Notes: generated by a model not told the origin, from the sequence alone. A DNA stretch of 64,000 nt from an uncultured Candidatus Saccharibacteria bacterium (GCA_964629815.1 CAZVTA010000003.1:112721-176720); one strand, 5' to 3'; numbered from the stretch's first letter, positions 36,915-47,279 are shown. Made by a program: numbers and translations.

Positions 36915-38338
36915 AATTTCCTAAGCGGTTTCGCTCACCAACAACTATCGTTTATATGCTTCAGAATACGGAGTATGATACTAATCAATACATAGCGTGG
37001 CTTAGAAGGACCAAAGACTTTTCACGGGTTATGTATCGTAGAAAACTTGAAAAAACACGACGCGCAAGATTGCTTTTGTGGGTGCTGCGATGGTTATATT
37101 TAGTGCAACTTGCACTGTGCTTAGCTGTCTTGTGCTGGAGCCTTGCTAGCTCAAATTATATACTTGCAGTTGTTGCACTCGTCTTGGCATCTATTACAGA
37201 TAATATCTGGTCATTCCTTGTTATTGTGCCGTTGCAGGTGGTACGAGTTCTGATTGTAGGGCCAAAGAATCGACGACTCATCGCCAACTCTCGAACTGTA
37301 TTTTCTAATACAAAAGCAATAAAAATTGCTGTTGCAGGTAGTTATGGTAAGACGACCATGAAAGAGTTACTCAAGACGGTTCTACAAGAAGGTCTTCGGG
37401 TCGCAGCAACACCAGGGAATAAAAATGTATCGGTATCGCACGCTGCTTTTGCTACTAAACTAAAAGGTGATGAGCAAGTTGTAATTATTGAGTACGGTGA
37501 AGGTGCTCCAGGCGATGTAGAACAGTTTAATCAAATCATCAAGCCAAATATCGGCGTGATTACTGGTATAGCTCCTGCGCATCTTGATAAATATGGTACG
37601 GTTGAAAATGCAGCAAAAGATATTTTGTCTCTTGTTTCGTATGTAGGCAAAGAAAACGCCTACCTGAATGCAGATTCGGTAATGCTGACGAAACACATAG
37701 ATAAAGCAAGCCAAACGTATAGTCGAGCGAGTGTTTTGGGATGGCGCATTTCTGGTATAGCTACTAATGTTACCGGCACGGATTTTATTCTGACAAAGGA
37801 TAAAAAATCAATAAAGCTACATACGGACTTGATTGGTGAGCATCTTGTTGGATCGGTGGCGCTTGTGGCCGTTTTGGCTTTACAATTGGGACTTACAAAG
37901 GAACAGGTAGTTACTGGTATTGCAAAGACAAAGCCATTTGAGCATCGAATGCAAGCAAGAGCTCTTTCTGGTGGGTGGATCATTGATGATACGTATAATG
38001 GTAATCTTGAAGGAGTCAGAGCAGGTCTTGAGCTACTGAGCGGTTTAAGTGCTCAAAGAAAAATATATGTAACCCCAGGGCTCGTAGATCAGGGAAACGA
38101 AAGCCAACGGGTGCATACGGAGATTGGTAAGTTAATTGCTCGCGCTCATCCGGACATAGTTGTACTAATGGAAAATTCGGTAACAGAATGGATTCGTTTG
38201 GCACTTGTTGGTGCTGGTTTTAAGGGTGAGGTAAGAGTTGAGTCGGATCCCTTGCGCTTCTATAGTAATATCGAGCATTTCATTGCTGCTGGTGACATTG
38301 TATTGATGCAAAACGATTGGACCGATAATTACAATTAA
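36911..38338 (+). CDS. Mur ligase family protein (MurF-like) with an N-terminal multi-TM extension
   Basis: 475 aa; about 115-aa TM-rich N-terminus, then P-loop AVAGSYGKTTMKE and Mur ligase middle and C-terminal domains. ATGA overlap with the upstream gene. Confidence 0.65.
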   Translation: MKFPKRFRSPTTIVYMLQNTEYDTNQYIAWLRRTKDFSRVMYRRKLEKTRRARLLLWVLRWLYLVQLALCLAVLCWSLASSNYILAVVALVLASITDNIWSFLVIVPLQVVRVLIVGPKNRRLIANSRTVFSNTKAIKIAVAGSYGKTTMKELLKTVLQEGLRVAATPGNKNVSVSHAAFATKLKGDEQVVIIEYGEGAPGDVEQFNQIIKPNIGVITGIAPAHLDKYGTVENAAKDILSLVSYVGKENAYLNADSVMLTKHIDKASQTYSRASVLGWRISGIATNVTGTDFILTKDKKSIKLHTDLIGEHLVGSVALVAVLALQLGLTKEQVVTGIAKTKPFEHRMQARALSGGWIIDDTYNGNLEGVRAGLELLSGLSAQRKIYVTPGLVDQGNESQRVHTEIGKLIARAHPDIVVLMENSVTEWIRLALVGAGFKGEVRVESDPLRFYSNIEHFIAAGDIVLMQNDWTDNYN

Positions 38339-38385
38339 GTACATATAATTGTAACAACAATGATATTGTATGGTATGATTCCTGT

Positions 38386-39552
38386 ATGAAAACGGTAGCG
38401 GTAATATTTGGCGGCAAAACTGCCGAACACGACGTTTCAATCATAACTGCGCTTGCGGCCGTTATTAGGCCTCTTGAGCTTTTAGATGAGTATGAGGTCA
38501 TACCGGTATACATAGCTAAAGACGGAACATGGTACTCAGATGATAAATTAATGGATATAGACTTGTATCGTTCCGGAAGAATTGACGAATTTTTGCACAA
38601 AGCACCTAAGGTTCATATAGAATTTGGCAAGGGTTTAACAATTGTGAAGTCTAGTCAATTTGCTGGACGGAAGCGGTACAAAAAAATAGACATTGTTTTT
38701 CCTGCCATGCACGGAACGCATGGCGAGGACGGAGAACTGATGGGTGTACTCGAGATGGCCAATGTGCCATATGTAGGTTGCGGTGTTGCTGCGAGCGCCA
38801 TTGCAATGGATAAAGTACTCTCAAAGCAGATAGCAGCCAGTGCGAACATACCAAGTACGCCATGGATATGGTTTAAGGCAAATGATTTAGAAAAAAATTA
38901 TTCATCTGTGATTGAGCGAATAAAGCCACTAAAACTTCCGTTGTTTGTTAAGCCAGCAAGGCTCGGGTCTAGTATTGGTATATCTAAAGTAACAGATGAC
39001 GTGCAACTCAATAATGCATTAGAAGTGGCGGCACACTTCGATGACAAAATTATTGTTGAACAGGGTGTTGCTAATCTAATCGAGGTAACGCTACCGATTG
39101 TCGGAAATGAACATCCAGAACCAGCATTTCTTGAACAGCCACTACTTAAGTCAGAAGATTTTTTTGACTTTGAAACCAAGTATATGGGACAAGGTAAGAA
39201 AATGGGTAAGAAGCTAGGTAATAAGCGTGGATCGCAGGGTTATAGTAAGATACCTGCTGAATTGCCAAAACAAATCTATGATATGGCAGTAAAGACTGGA
39301 CTTCAGGTTTATAGTGCAGTTGGCTGTGAGGGTATTGCAAGGGTTGATATGCTTATTGATAGTAAGGCCGAGAAAGTGTACTTTAACGAAATAAATCCTA
39401 TGCCTGGAAGTTTGTACGCTCACAACTGGCGTGCAAAAGGCGTTTCGAGTGTTGAGCTGATAGCGAGGCTGTTACGTTTGGCAGAAGAGCGTTATGCAAA
39501 GAAACAAAAAATCGAAACAACCTTCGTGACGAATTTTTTAAAACAGTTCTAA
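38386..39552 (+). CDS. ddl: D-alanine--D-alanine ligase
   Basis: 388 aa; ATP-grasp; FPAMHGTHGEDGELMGVLE; PLFVKPARLGSSIGI; RVDMLID..YFNEINPMPG. Confidence 0.9.
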   Translation: MKTVAVIFGGKTAEHDVSIITALAAVIRPLELLDEYEVIPVYIAKDGTWYSDDKLMDIDLYRSGRIDEFLHKAPKVHIEFGKGLTIVKSSQFAGRKRYKKIDIVFPAMHGTHGEDGELMGVLEMANVPYVGCGVAASAIAMDKVLSKQIAASANIPSTPWIWFKANDLEKNYSSVIERIKPLKLPLFVKPARLGSSIGISKVTDDVQLNNALEVAAHFDDKIIVEQGVANLIEVTLPIVGNEHPEPAFLEQPLLKSEDFFDFETKYMGQGKKMGKKLGNKRGSQGYSKIPAELPKQIYDMAVKTGLQVYSAVGCEGIARVDMLIDSKAEKVYFNEINPMPGSLYAHNWRAKGVSSVELIARLLRLAEERYAKKQKIETTFVTNFLKQF

Positions 39553-39559
39553 CGTTCCC

Positions 39560-40228
39560 ATGATCAGTTTAGCTGAAATAGATTTTGAATCAGAGCTCTC
39601 TCGTGTTGAGGCAGAGACCGCTATTGAAAGGCGGTGGATGGATGATGCAGGTGTTCGTCTATTTGAGACTGATGAAGAAATTATCCAGGTGCGCGAGAAA
39701 GGTGGTCTTGTGGAGGTGCAGTCGGTAAATCCAGGCTTTGCGTTGAGACGGTATTTGCGAGAATGGAAAGTTGAACATTGCGATCCGGCGCACCCAAGGC
39801 ACTATTCACCACCATATCTGCGGGTTGATTCTTATGATATGATGCTTAGTATTATTGACCAGTGGCGTGGTCGAGTTGGCGACGATCTCTTGTTATCAAT
39901 AACTTCCCTTGTTAGAAGCCGTAGATATCAATCACGGTTGGCGGAACGCAGTTCCTTGGCTATCTCTACACCCGGTCTACGCAGTAGCCATGAAGCAGGA
40001 CTTGCCTTCGATGTGGATGCGTGTGGTTTTTATCGTAGGTTGAATGATAGGCTTTTGCCATTCAACCCTCGTGTTGAAGGGTATGATGCTGAAGTGGCGA
40101 GGAACTTAAGAGTTGAGCTTCTGGGCTCTCTTGCAGTATTTAAGGACCAAATCAATGTTGTTGATGAGTTTTCTGGAACTGACCGACATTGTTTTCATGT
40201 AGCCGTCAGACCACAAGAACTTGCTTAG
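39560..40228 (+). CDS. Peptidase M15 (VanY-like D,D-carboxypeptidase / LAS superfamily)
   Basis: Exact SxHxxGxAxD motif (SSHEAGLAFD) and a distal HCFHV. Confidence 0.55.
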   Translation: MISLAEIDFESELSRVEAETAIERRWMDDAGVRLFETDEEIIQVREKGGLVEVQSVNPGFALRRYLREWKVEHCDPAHPRHYSPPYLRVDSYDMMLSIIDQWRGRVGDDLLLSITSLVRSRRYQSRLAERSSLAISTPGLRSSHEAGLAFDVDACGFYRRLNDRLLPFNPRVEGYDAEVARNLRVELLGSLAVFKDQINVVDEFSGTDRHCFHVAVRPQELA

Positions 40229-40258
40229 TGTTCCATTCCGATTTGCTATACTATAAGC

Positions 40259-42157
40259 ATGAGCACAAAGCGCTTGTTTTTTGTAGTGGGTCTGATATCG
40301 CTCGTGGTCACTTCTCTTAGTGGTACGGTATTTGCCGATACTAAGCAATTTGTTGTTAACTCTGTTCTCGATACTGCAGATGTTAAAGTTGGCGATGGTG
40401 TTTGTAGAACCGCAGAATCGGTATGTACGCTTAGGGCAGCAATCGAAGAAGCAAACAAAGAAACAAAGAGCACGCAGGTTGGTATAAGTTTTGCGGGGCT
40501 TGATAATGGCACTCAGACTATTGTATTAACATCGGCTTTGCCAGCGCTACAAAGAAGTATTTTTATTGATGGATATACAAAAAAAGACAGCCGCGAGAAT
40601 ACCGCAAAGTCTCCGTTGCCGTTTGATGGTGCAATAGGTGTTGCGATTGATGGGTCGAAGGTTACGTCTCAAGATGGTTTAGTAGTGGCCGCCAATGATA
40701 TACGCATTCGCGGCATAGCACTGTGGGGTTTTTCTGGATCGAGCAGCGCAATTTATATTGATGCGAACAATGCAGTGATAGAAGGAAATTATGTTGGCTT
40801 GACCGGGTCGGGGAGTATGACAGCGGAAACAAAGACCTATAATGCAATCTATGTATCAGATAAAGCAGTTGGTGCGCGTATCGGCGGCTTACGGGCTTCG
40901 GAACGTAATATTTTTGCATCCACCGCCAGCTTGGCAGGTGCAGTTGTAGAGCTGCGCGGACAGAAGCCTGAACTCTACGGCAACTATATTGGTGTCAAGC
41001 AAGATGGTAAGTCTGCTTCGAGCTGTGGTACGGGTGTAATTGTTGCAGGAACGGGTGCACTTATTGGATCGGGTGCTGAAGGTGCAGAAAATGTTATTAG
41101 TTCGTGTAGTTCCTATCAGATGCTCGTTACGGGCGCTAAGGCAAGAATACAAGGTAACCGCATAGGTACTGATTACACGGGAAGAAAAAGTGCAGATTTA
41201 GTGAATGGTGTGGGCATACTGTTTCAAGATGGCGCTGCGCAAAATATGTTTGGCGGTGTCAATCCAGGCGATGGTAATATTGTCGCGGGCGTGAGTGGTA
41301 TAGGGGTTGGGGTTCTCAAAAATCAAGACACCATGACACCAACACAAAATGCAATTTTAGGTAACGCTATTTTTGCGGTATCGCCAAAGACAGCATTTGG
41401 ACAGGTCAATAATAGTACGGGTATAGATTATTTTGTCGTTGGCGAACGAGATACGGCGGGCTTACCAACTAAGTATTTGTATACGGGGCCAACGCCCAAT
41501 GATTCGGGCGATATCGATACAGGCCCGAATGATTTTATGAATGAACCAGTACTTTTAAGTGCTCGACAAAATGGCGATTCTTTAGATATAGACTTTACGC
41601 TCGATACGGCCGATTCACAGCAGAATCTATACCGAGTAGAATTCTTTCTCAATGAAGATGCAGGAGGTAATACGCATGGCCCGGGTGAGTTATTAATTGG
41701 CTATGTTACCCAGAATCCAGGGCAAAACAAGCGTGCGACACTCAGATTACCTAGTGGTACGTCGGCTATAGGTAGAAAGATATCGGCGACCGCAACTGCT
41801 GTCAATGGCTCGAGTAATACCTTGGCAGATTTTGGATCTACGAGTGAGTTCGCTAAGAATATTGTTGTCAGCGATCGAACGCCAGTACAGGCGGGTATTA
41901 ACTTCTTCAGCCAGGCCACCTTGGCGCTGCAGATTGTAATTGGGGCTATCACACTGCTTATTGCAGCCACACTTTGGTATATACAGCGCGATTATCGTAA
42001 GCACAAGCAGCCACTCGTCCAAGTTGACCCGTATATTTCCTATACGCCATGGCATCATTTGCGAGTAGTGGTGTGGCCGCGACTACGTTATAGGGTGCAA
42101 TCGCTTTTGCCAAAAAGACGAAAACCGACTGTTTTGCCGCTCCGGCCCAAGCAGTAA
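40259..42157 (+). CDS. Surface protein with a predicted right-handed beta-helix region, signal peptide, C-terminal TM anchor + conserved basic tail
   Basis: 632 aa. GDGVCRTAESVCTLRAAIEEAN motif, common at the start of beta-helix adhesin-like proteins. Gly/Asn-rich repeats. C-terminal TM and the tail DYRKHKQPLVQVDPYISYTPWHHLRVVVWPRLRYR. Confidence 0.6.
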   Translation: MSTKRLFFVVGLISLVVTSLSGTVFADTKQFVVNSVLDTADVKVGDGVCRTAESVCTLRAAIEEANKETKSTQVGISFAGLDNGTQTIVLTSALPALQRSIFIDGYTKKDSRENTAKSPLPFDGAIGVAIDGSKVTSQDGLVVAANDIRIRGIALWGFSGSSSAIYIDANNAVIEGNYVGLTGSGSMTAETKTYNAIYVSDKAVGARIGGLRASERNIFASTASLAGAVVELRGQKPELYGNYIGVKQDGKSASSCGTGVIVAGTGALIGSGAEGAENVISSCSSYQMLVTGAKARIQGNRIGTDYTGRKSADLVNGVGILFQDGAAQNMFGGVNPGDGNIVAGVSGIGVGVLKNQDTMTPTQNAILGNAIFAVSPKTAFGQVNNSTGIDYFVVGERDTAGLPTKYLYTGPTPNDSGDIDTGPNDFMNEPVLLSARQNGDSLDIDFTLDTADSQQNLYRVEFFLNEDAGGNTHGPGELLIGYVTQNPGQNKRATLRLPSGTSAIGRKISATATAVNGSSNTLADFGSTSEFAKNIVVSDRTPVQAGINFFSQATLALQIVIGAITLLIAATLWYIQRDYRKHKQPLVQVDPYISYTPWHHLRVVVWPRLRYRVQSLLPKRRKPTVLPLRPKQ

Positions 42158-42196
42158 CCTTTTGCAAATAACAGATTACAGGCTATACTTGAGTCG

Positions 42197-45091
42197 ATGA
42201 AACGATATAACCCAAAAGACATAGAACCCAAGTGGCAAAAGATTTGGCAAGAGATGGGGGTGTATACAACCGACCTAGCTAGCAAAAAGCCAAAATATAT
42301 GGGCATGAGTATGTTCAATTACCCGAGCGGTGCCGGTATACACGTTGGCCATGCAATGAACTATACGATTAGCGATGTAAAAGCTCGCTTTAAGCGCCAA
42401 CAGGGATACGAAAGTTATCATCCGGTAGGTTGGGATTCGTTTGGATTGCCCGCAGAAAACTATGCGATTAAGGCTGGAGTTTCGCCGCAAGAAAGCATGG
42501 CTACTATTATTCCTGACTACCACAAACAATACCAGGCCATGGGTTGGAGTAATGACTGGGAAAAAGAAATCACAACCAGCTTGCCCGAATACTACAAATG
42601 GACACAGTGGATTTTTGTAAAAATGTACGAGCAGGGACTAGCTTATCAAGATAGTCGCTGGCAGTGGTGGTGCGACAAATGCCAGACCGTACTTGCAAAC
42701 GAACAAGTTATTGACGGTAAGTGCTGGAGGCATGATGGTTCGGATGATCCGCAGGTAGAAAAGAAAGAAGTTAAACAGTGGTTCTTCAAAATAACCGATT
42801 ATGCAGACGAGCTACTCGAGGCAACCGATGCGTTAGATTGGACTGAAAGTGTAAAATTGGCTCAAAAGAACTGGATCGGCCGCAGTCAAGGGGCAGAAAT
42901 TGAGTTTGGCGTCAAAGACTCAGACACAAGAATTACAGTATTTACGACAAGACCCGATACTGTGTATGGCGTTACATTTATGGTGCTTGCGCCAGATCAT
43001 GAGCTTGTAAAAGAGTTGACCGCAAAAGATAAGCGTAGTGAAGTTAGTGCCTACGTTAAGGAGACTGCTAAAAAAACCGATGTCGAGCGCCAAGCTGCTA
43101 AGGAAAAAACTGGTGTATTTATCGGCGCATATGCAATTAACCCCGCAAACAACGAAGAAATCCCTATCTACATTGCCGACTATGTGCTTTCTGGCTATGG
43201 TACGGGTGCCATTATGGCCGTACCAGCTCACGATGAGCGTGACTATGCATTTGCGAAAGCGTATAGCCTACCGGTCGCCTATGTGGTCGAGCCAACTTTT
43301 GGTACTCCACAAGGTGATGATACGCATAAAAAAGCTGTGTATGCTATTGTGAGGAATCCAAAAAATAATCACATAATTGTCTTAGACTGGGGTCCTCGCC
43401 AAGAACGACACGGTGGCTATATGCTTATTGGTGGTGGGCTTGAAGAGGGTGAGAATTATGTAGATGCTGCAAAGCGAGAGATCTCCGAAGAAACAGGGTA
43501 CAAGAATTTTAAACTAGTAAAAGAAACGGACTTTCTCGGACATGGGTATTTTTACTCGAACACCAAGCAAAAAAATATGCATGCCAGCGGCAAGGGATTA
43601 TTATTCGATCTGATTGATGAAGAAAAAACTGAAACGAATCTTGACGAAGGAGAAAAGGATAAATTTACGGTAACATGGCAACCGGCTCATCGTGTAGCAA
43701 CAATGTTAGATGATGGCATACACGAGGCGATGTTTCGTCGTTTAGTACTCGATGAAGTTTATAGCGGTGAAGGGGTTTTGGTTGAGTCTGGTGCATATGA
43801 TGGTATGCTCTCCAGCGAGGCGAGAGAAAAAATTGTAGCCGACTTAGAGCGTAAGGGGCTAGCAAAAGTTCGCATCAATTATCGTATGCGCGATTGGAGC
43901 ATTAGTCGTCAGCGTTACTGGGGTGCGCCAATACCCGTAGTAAATTGTGATTCATGTGGGCCGGTTATTCTGAGCGAAGATGACCTGCCAGTTGTATTGC
44001 CTGAATTAACCGACTTCAAACCAAGTGGTGATGGCCGTAGTGCTTTAGCACGAGCAAAAGACTGGCTTACGACTACCTGTCCAAAATGTGGTGGCCAGGC
44101 CGAGCGCGAAACGGACACGATGGACACATACGTTTGTAGTAGCTGGTATATGCTGCGGTATCTCGACCCACACAACCAAGAACAGATATTTAACAGCGAA
44201 ATTGCTAATGCATGGATGCCGGTCGATTTTTATAATGGTGGCGATCATGCCACTGCCCACCTACTGTATGCACGTTTCATTACCCGCTTTCTCTACAAAA
44301 TGGGGCTACTCGTTAATCCAGAACCCTTTAAACGGATGCTTTATAACGGTAAAGTAACTGCTAGTGATGGCAGTGTGTTTTCGAAATCGAAGGGCAATGG
44401 ACCAGATCCTCTTAAGATTATCGAGCAAGGCTACGGAGCAGATGCGCTGCGTACCTATCTGATGTTCGCTGCGCCTCTAGAGCTTGGAGCGCGGTGGGAT
44501 GAGCAAGGTGTGCCGGGTACTTACCGCTTTTTAACACGCGTATGGAACTTAACTCAAGAGTATAACGCAACTACGGCTGTAGAGCTTGATGAAAAGCAGC
44601 ATAAACAGGTACTCGGAATTGTGCACAAGGCGGCACGTAAGGTAACGGAAGATATCGAAGAAGATCGGTATAATACTGCTATTTCCGCCTGTATGGAAGC
44701 GGTTAATAAATTGTATTTGGCAAAAACTAAACTGCCGTTTGGAACGTCTCCACTGTGGCAAGAGGCAATTGAATTTATTGTTCAGCTGATTGCGCCGTTT
44801 GCGCCACATGTCGCCGACGAACTTTGGCAGCAGCTGGGTCACAGTGATTCAGTACACAAGGATCATTGGCCACAGTGGCAGAAAGAATATCTTATCGACG
44901 ATACAATCACAATTGTCGTACAGGTGAATGGCAAGGTGCGCGCACAGCTACAGGTTGCCGCAGATACAGCTAAAGAAGAGATATTGGCGCTTGCCAAGGC
45001 AAACGAGCATGTACAGACATTTCTAGCAAAAGGCGCTATCAAGAAAGAAATTTTCGTACCAAACAAACTTGTCAATCTCGTAGTTTCATAG
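42197..45091 (+). CDS. leuS: Leucine--tRNA ligase with an inserted Nudix-box domain
   Basis: 964 aa. HVGH and FSKSKGN class I motifs; CP1 editing TTRPDT..AVPAHDERDY. About 150 extra aa follow, containing GGLEEGENYVDAAKREISEETGY (43433-43501). Confidence 0.95.
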   Translation: MKRYNPKDIEPKWQKIWQEMGVYTTDLASKKPKYMGMSMFNYPSGAGIHVGHAMNYTISDVKARFKRQQGYESYHPVGWDSFGLPAENYAIKAGVSPQESMATIIPDYHKQYQAMGWSNDWEKEITTSLPEYYKWTQWIFVKMYEQGLAYQDSRWQWWCDKCQTVLANEQVIDGKCWRHDGSDDPQVEKKEVKQWFFKITDYADELLEATDALDWTESVKLAQKNWIGRSQGAEIEFGVKDSDTRITVFTTRPDTVYGVTFMVLAPDHELVKELTAKDKRSEVSAYVKETAKKTDVERQAAKEKTGVFIGAYAINPANNEEIPIYIADYVLSGYGTGAIMAVPAHDERDYAFAKAYSLPVAYVVEPTFGTPQGDDTHKKAVYAIVRNPKNNHIIVLDWGPRQERHGGYMLIGGGLEEGENYVDAAKREISEETGYKNFKLVKETDFLGHGYFYSNTKQKNMHASGKGLLFDLIDEEKTETNLDEGEKDKFTVTWQPAHRVATMLDDGIHEAMFRRLVLDEVYSGEGVLVESGAYDGMLSSEAREKIVADLERKGLAKVRINYRMRDWSISRQRYWGAPIPVVNCDSCGPVILSEDDLPVVLPELTDFKPSGDGRSALARAKDWLTTTCPKCGGQAERETDTMDTYVCSSWYMLRYLDPHNQEQIFNSEIANAWMPVDFYNGGDHATAHLLYARFITRFLYKMGLLVNPEPFKRMLYNGKVTASDGSVFSKSKGNGPDPLKIIEQGYGADALRTYLMFAAPLELGARWDEQGVPGTYRFLTRVWNLTQEYNATTAVELDEKQHKQVLGIVHKAARKVTEDIEEDRYNTAISACMEAVNKLYLAKTKLPFGTSPLWQEAIEFIVQLIAPFAPHVADELWQQLGHSDSVHKDHWPQWQKEYLIDDTITIVVQVNGKVRAQLQVAADTAKEEILALAKANEHVQTFLAKGAIKKEIFVPNKLVNLVVS

Positions 45092-45105
45092 TTTAATTCA
45101 TTCTT

Positions 45106-45960
45106 ATGAATTTGAATTTGTCGGCGCCGCAAGGCTATGGGAAACACGAAACAGGTGGTGAGCATGCAATGAAACACATGCATGATCCATACGAGTTCTG
45201 CCGTATACGGCAATCTACTTTTGGTGATGGTATCGCGCATCGTGACCCAACAGAAATTCTTCATATCATGCAAGAAGAGCGAGACGGCGGTCTATTAAAT
45301 GTACTTACAAGCGACGCTCGTCATGCACTGGCTATGGTGGGTGGTGCTTTTTATCGTAACGAGTTTCCGCATGGAAAACGCATTATTTCGGTCGACGCAA
45401 GCGATGTTGTTCTTGCTTCAGAACATCGTCGGCGCGGAGCTGGTTCTTGGTTATTGTCTCGACTTATGATGTCTGGTGGGTATTATCATGCACGGGGTCA
45501 ATCACAAATGTTTGCCACCGATTTAAGTATTACAGATGATAATGCAGTTATGGCCGACTGGCAACGGCAAAAAGCTCAAGAAATAGGTATGGCGCAGCGG
45601 AATGGTCGATTGCACTATTATCTACCCGGGCCGTATGCGCACGTTAAAAATCCTATAGGCGAGCTGGCGGGAACGTTAGAGCAAGTTGAACTACATAAGT
45701 ATACCGGAAGCATACCTTTTAGTAGGGGTGAAGCTGAGCCAGATCGGCGATATGTATTTCGTCAAGGAATGACTATTGGATGGGTTCAACGCAATGAGAC
45801 AAACCAAGACAACCTAGGCGATTTTTGTCGCGAATACTTAATAAAAAATATGCTCGATGATACATCGTATACCCAAGTATTGCATGACGAACTGTTCGCT
45901 ATAACTTCACTACTCAATACTTCTTCCGTGCGCGAACAACTTGAAGCTATGGATGCGTAA
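45106..45960 (+). CDS. Hypothetical protein with a GNAT-like motif A
   Basis: 284 aa; SEHRRRGAGSWLLSRL. Confidence 0.45.
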   Translation: MNLNLSAPQGYGKHETGGEHAMKHMHDPYEFCRIRQSTFGDGIAHRDPTEILHIMQEERDGGLLNVLTSDARHALAMVGGAFYRNEFPHGKRIISVDASDVVLASEHRRRGAGSWLLSRLMMSGGYYHARGQSQMFATDLSITDDNAVMADWQRQKAQEIGMAQRNGRLHYYLPGPYAHVKNPIGELAGTLEQVELHKYTGSIPFSRGEAEPDRRYVFRQGMTIGWVQRNETNQDNLGDFCREYLIKNMLDDTSYTQVLHDELFAITSLLNTSSVREQLEAMDA

Positions 45961-46498
45961 CCGGAGCTATAGTGCTTGCCGAATCAAGGAATGCTTTAGC
46001 TTCGGCAGTTTGTTTTGCGAGATATTTGCTCGATCCGCATAATTTTACAGGATCATTAGATTGGAAATCCTCATATATCGCTTCAGCTGTGTCGGGATTG
46101 GCGTGTATATCTCGAGCCAGACGTTCAGTGGCCGTAATTGGGTCGTTGGCAAACATGGCGTACGTAAATAGTTCGCAATCTACACGTCTATCGATTTCAG
46201 CGCGGGCGTTTTGCGTCAGTTTGACTGCAGATGCAGTTATGCCCAAGCTGAGAGTCGCTATCACGCCAATTGCTATTCGGCCCAAAACAACACGATGATG
46301 CCGTTCTTGTATGCTGAGTGTGGTGGCATTTTTGCTTTCCGGCGAAGTCAGATATCGCATCTTACGACCTAGTCGCTCGGTAACGGATAGTTCTATTGGG
46401 TCGAGAGGTTGTAGCGTGAGCGGCTGCAATTGATTAACGCCCCGAGTATATACAGAGGGGGCTTGCTGGTTTACTGGTCGGTGTTTAGGTCGAGGCAT
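45947..46498 (-). CDS. Hypothetical single-pass membrane protein
   Basis: 183-aa ORF; TM IAIGVIATLSLGITA. Confidence 0.5.
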   Translation of the reverse strand: MPRPKHRPVNQQAPSVYTRGVNQLQPLTLQPLDPIELSVTERLGRKMRYLTSPESKNATTLSIQERHHRVVLGRIAIGVIATLSLGITASAVKLTQNARAEIDRRVDCELFTYAMFANDPITATERLARDIHANPDTAEAIYEDFQSNDPVKLCGSSKYLAKQTAEAKAFLDSASTIAPVTHP

Positions 46499-46950
46499 AG
46501 TTTAAGGATTTTACCGTTAGCTTCAGCAGTTTGCCAGGTCTTGTTTTCAGCATCGGGTGCTTCACCAATTACATAGCCACCTTGAAACTGTTCACCGCTC
46601 GTGTCGCCGTATGCAAGGCCGTCGCCAATATCTTTTACTATCAGGTTTGAGCCTTCGGGTGTGTGCGTATCAACACATTCCTGAATAACTGCAGTTCTGC
46701 GATTTTCTTCTGCCTCAGAATCAATAACAAGATTTGCAACAAGCGCAACGCTCGCTAATCCAAGTGCGAGTGTGCTGCGGCGCACACCGTAACGGTAGGC
46801 GCTTGATTCGTGTCGAGACGATGCACCCAGACGGCCTAAAAAGACCATTGTCGAATAATGGGCATCAAGCAGTCGCTCGCGTAATTTTACATTCCACGGC
46901 TGACGTGCTTCGAAACGATCTACTGCATCTATAACGTTATTGTTTTTCAC
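46471..46950 (-). CDS. Hypothetical single-pass membrane protein
   Basis: 159-aa ORF; TM LALGLASVALVANLVI; overlaps the downstream gene. Confidence 0.5.
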   Translation of the reverse strand: MKNNNVIDAVDRFEARQPWNVKLRERLLDAHYSTMVFLGRLGASSRHESSAYRYGVRRSTLALGLASVALVANLVIDSEAEENRRTAVIQECVDTHTPEGSNLIVKDIGDGLAYGDTSGEQFQGGYVIGEAPDAENKTWQTAEANGKILKLCLDLNTDQ

Positions 46951-47066
46951 CGAACCATTTTATAACAATAAGCACAATAAGTCAATACCTTTACCACTTG
47001 TGTTTTAGGGGATAACAGCGTATAATTGGTTTCAAATACTAATTGTAAACGGAGTGCTGATTCCCT

Positions 47067-47216
47067 ATGGGTAAGCCAAAAAAACGAACCAGTCCACGTC
47101 GTACCGGTATGCGTCGCAGCCACCTAGTGGTTAAGCTGGCACGTGCGGTAAACGCAAAATCGCCAATCAAGGCATATACAACGCGCAGAGAAAGCGCTAA
47201 AAGCCTCAGCAAATAA
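47067..47216 (+). CDS. rpmF: 50S ribosomal protein L32
   Basis: Own translation (49 aa, below the ORF-track cutoff): MGKPKKRTSPRRTGMRRSHLVVKLARAVNAKSPIKAYTTRRESAKSLSK. bL32 N-terminal signature; GGAG SD. Confidence 0.8.
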   Translation: MGKPKKRTSPRRTGMRRSHLVVKLARAVNAKSPIKAYTTRRESAKSLSK

Positions 47217-47279
47217 TCAGAACTTTTGAGCTATACTTTAAACGTATACGATAACTTAAGTTTTTAGGAATTTAACAAT

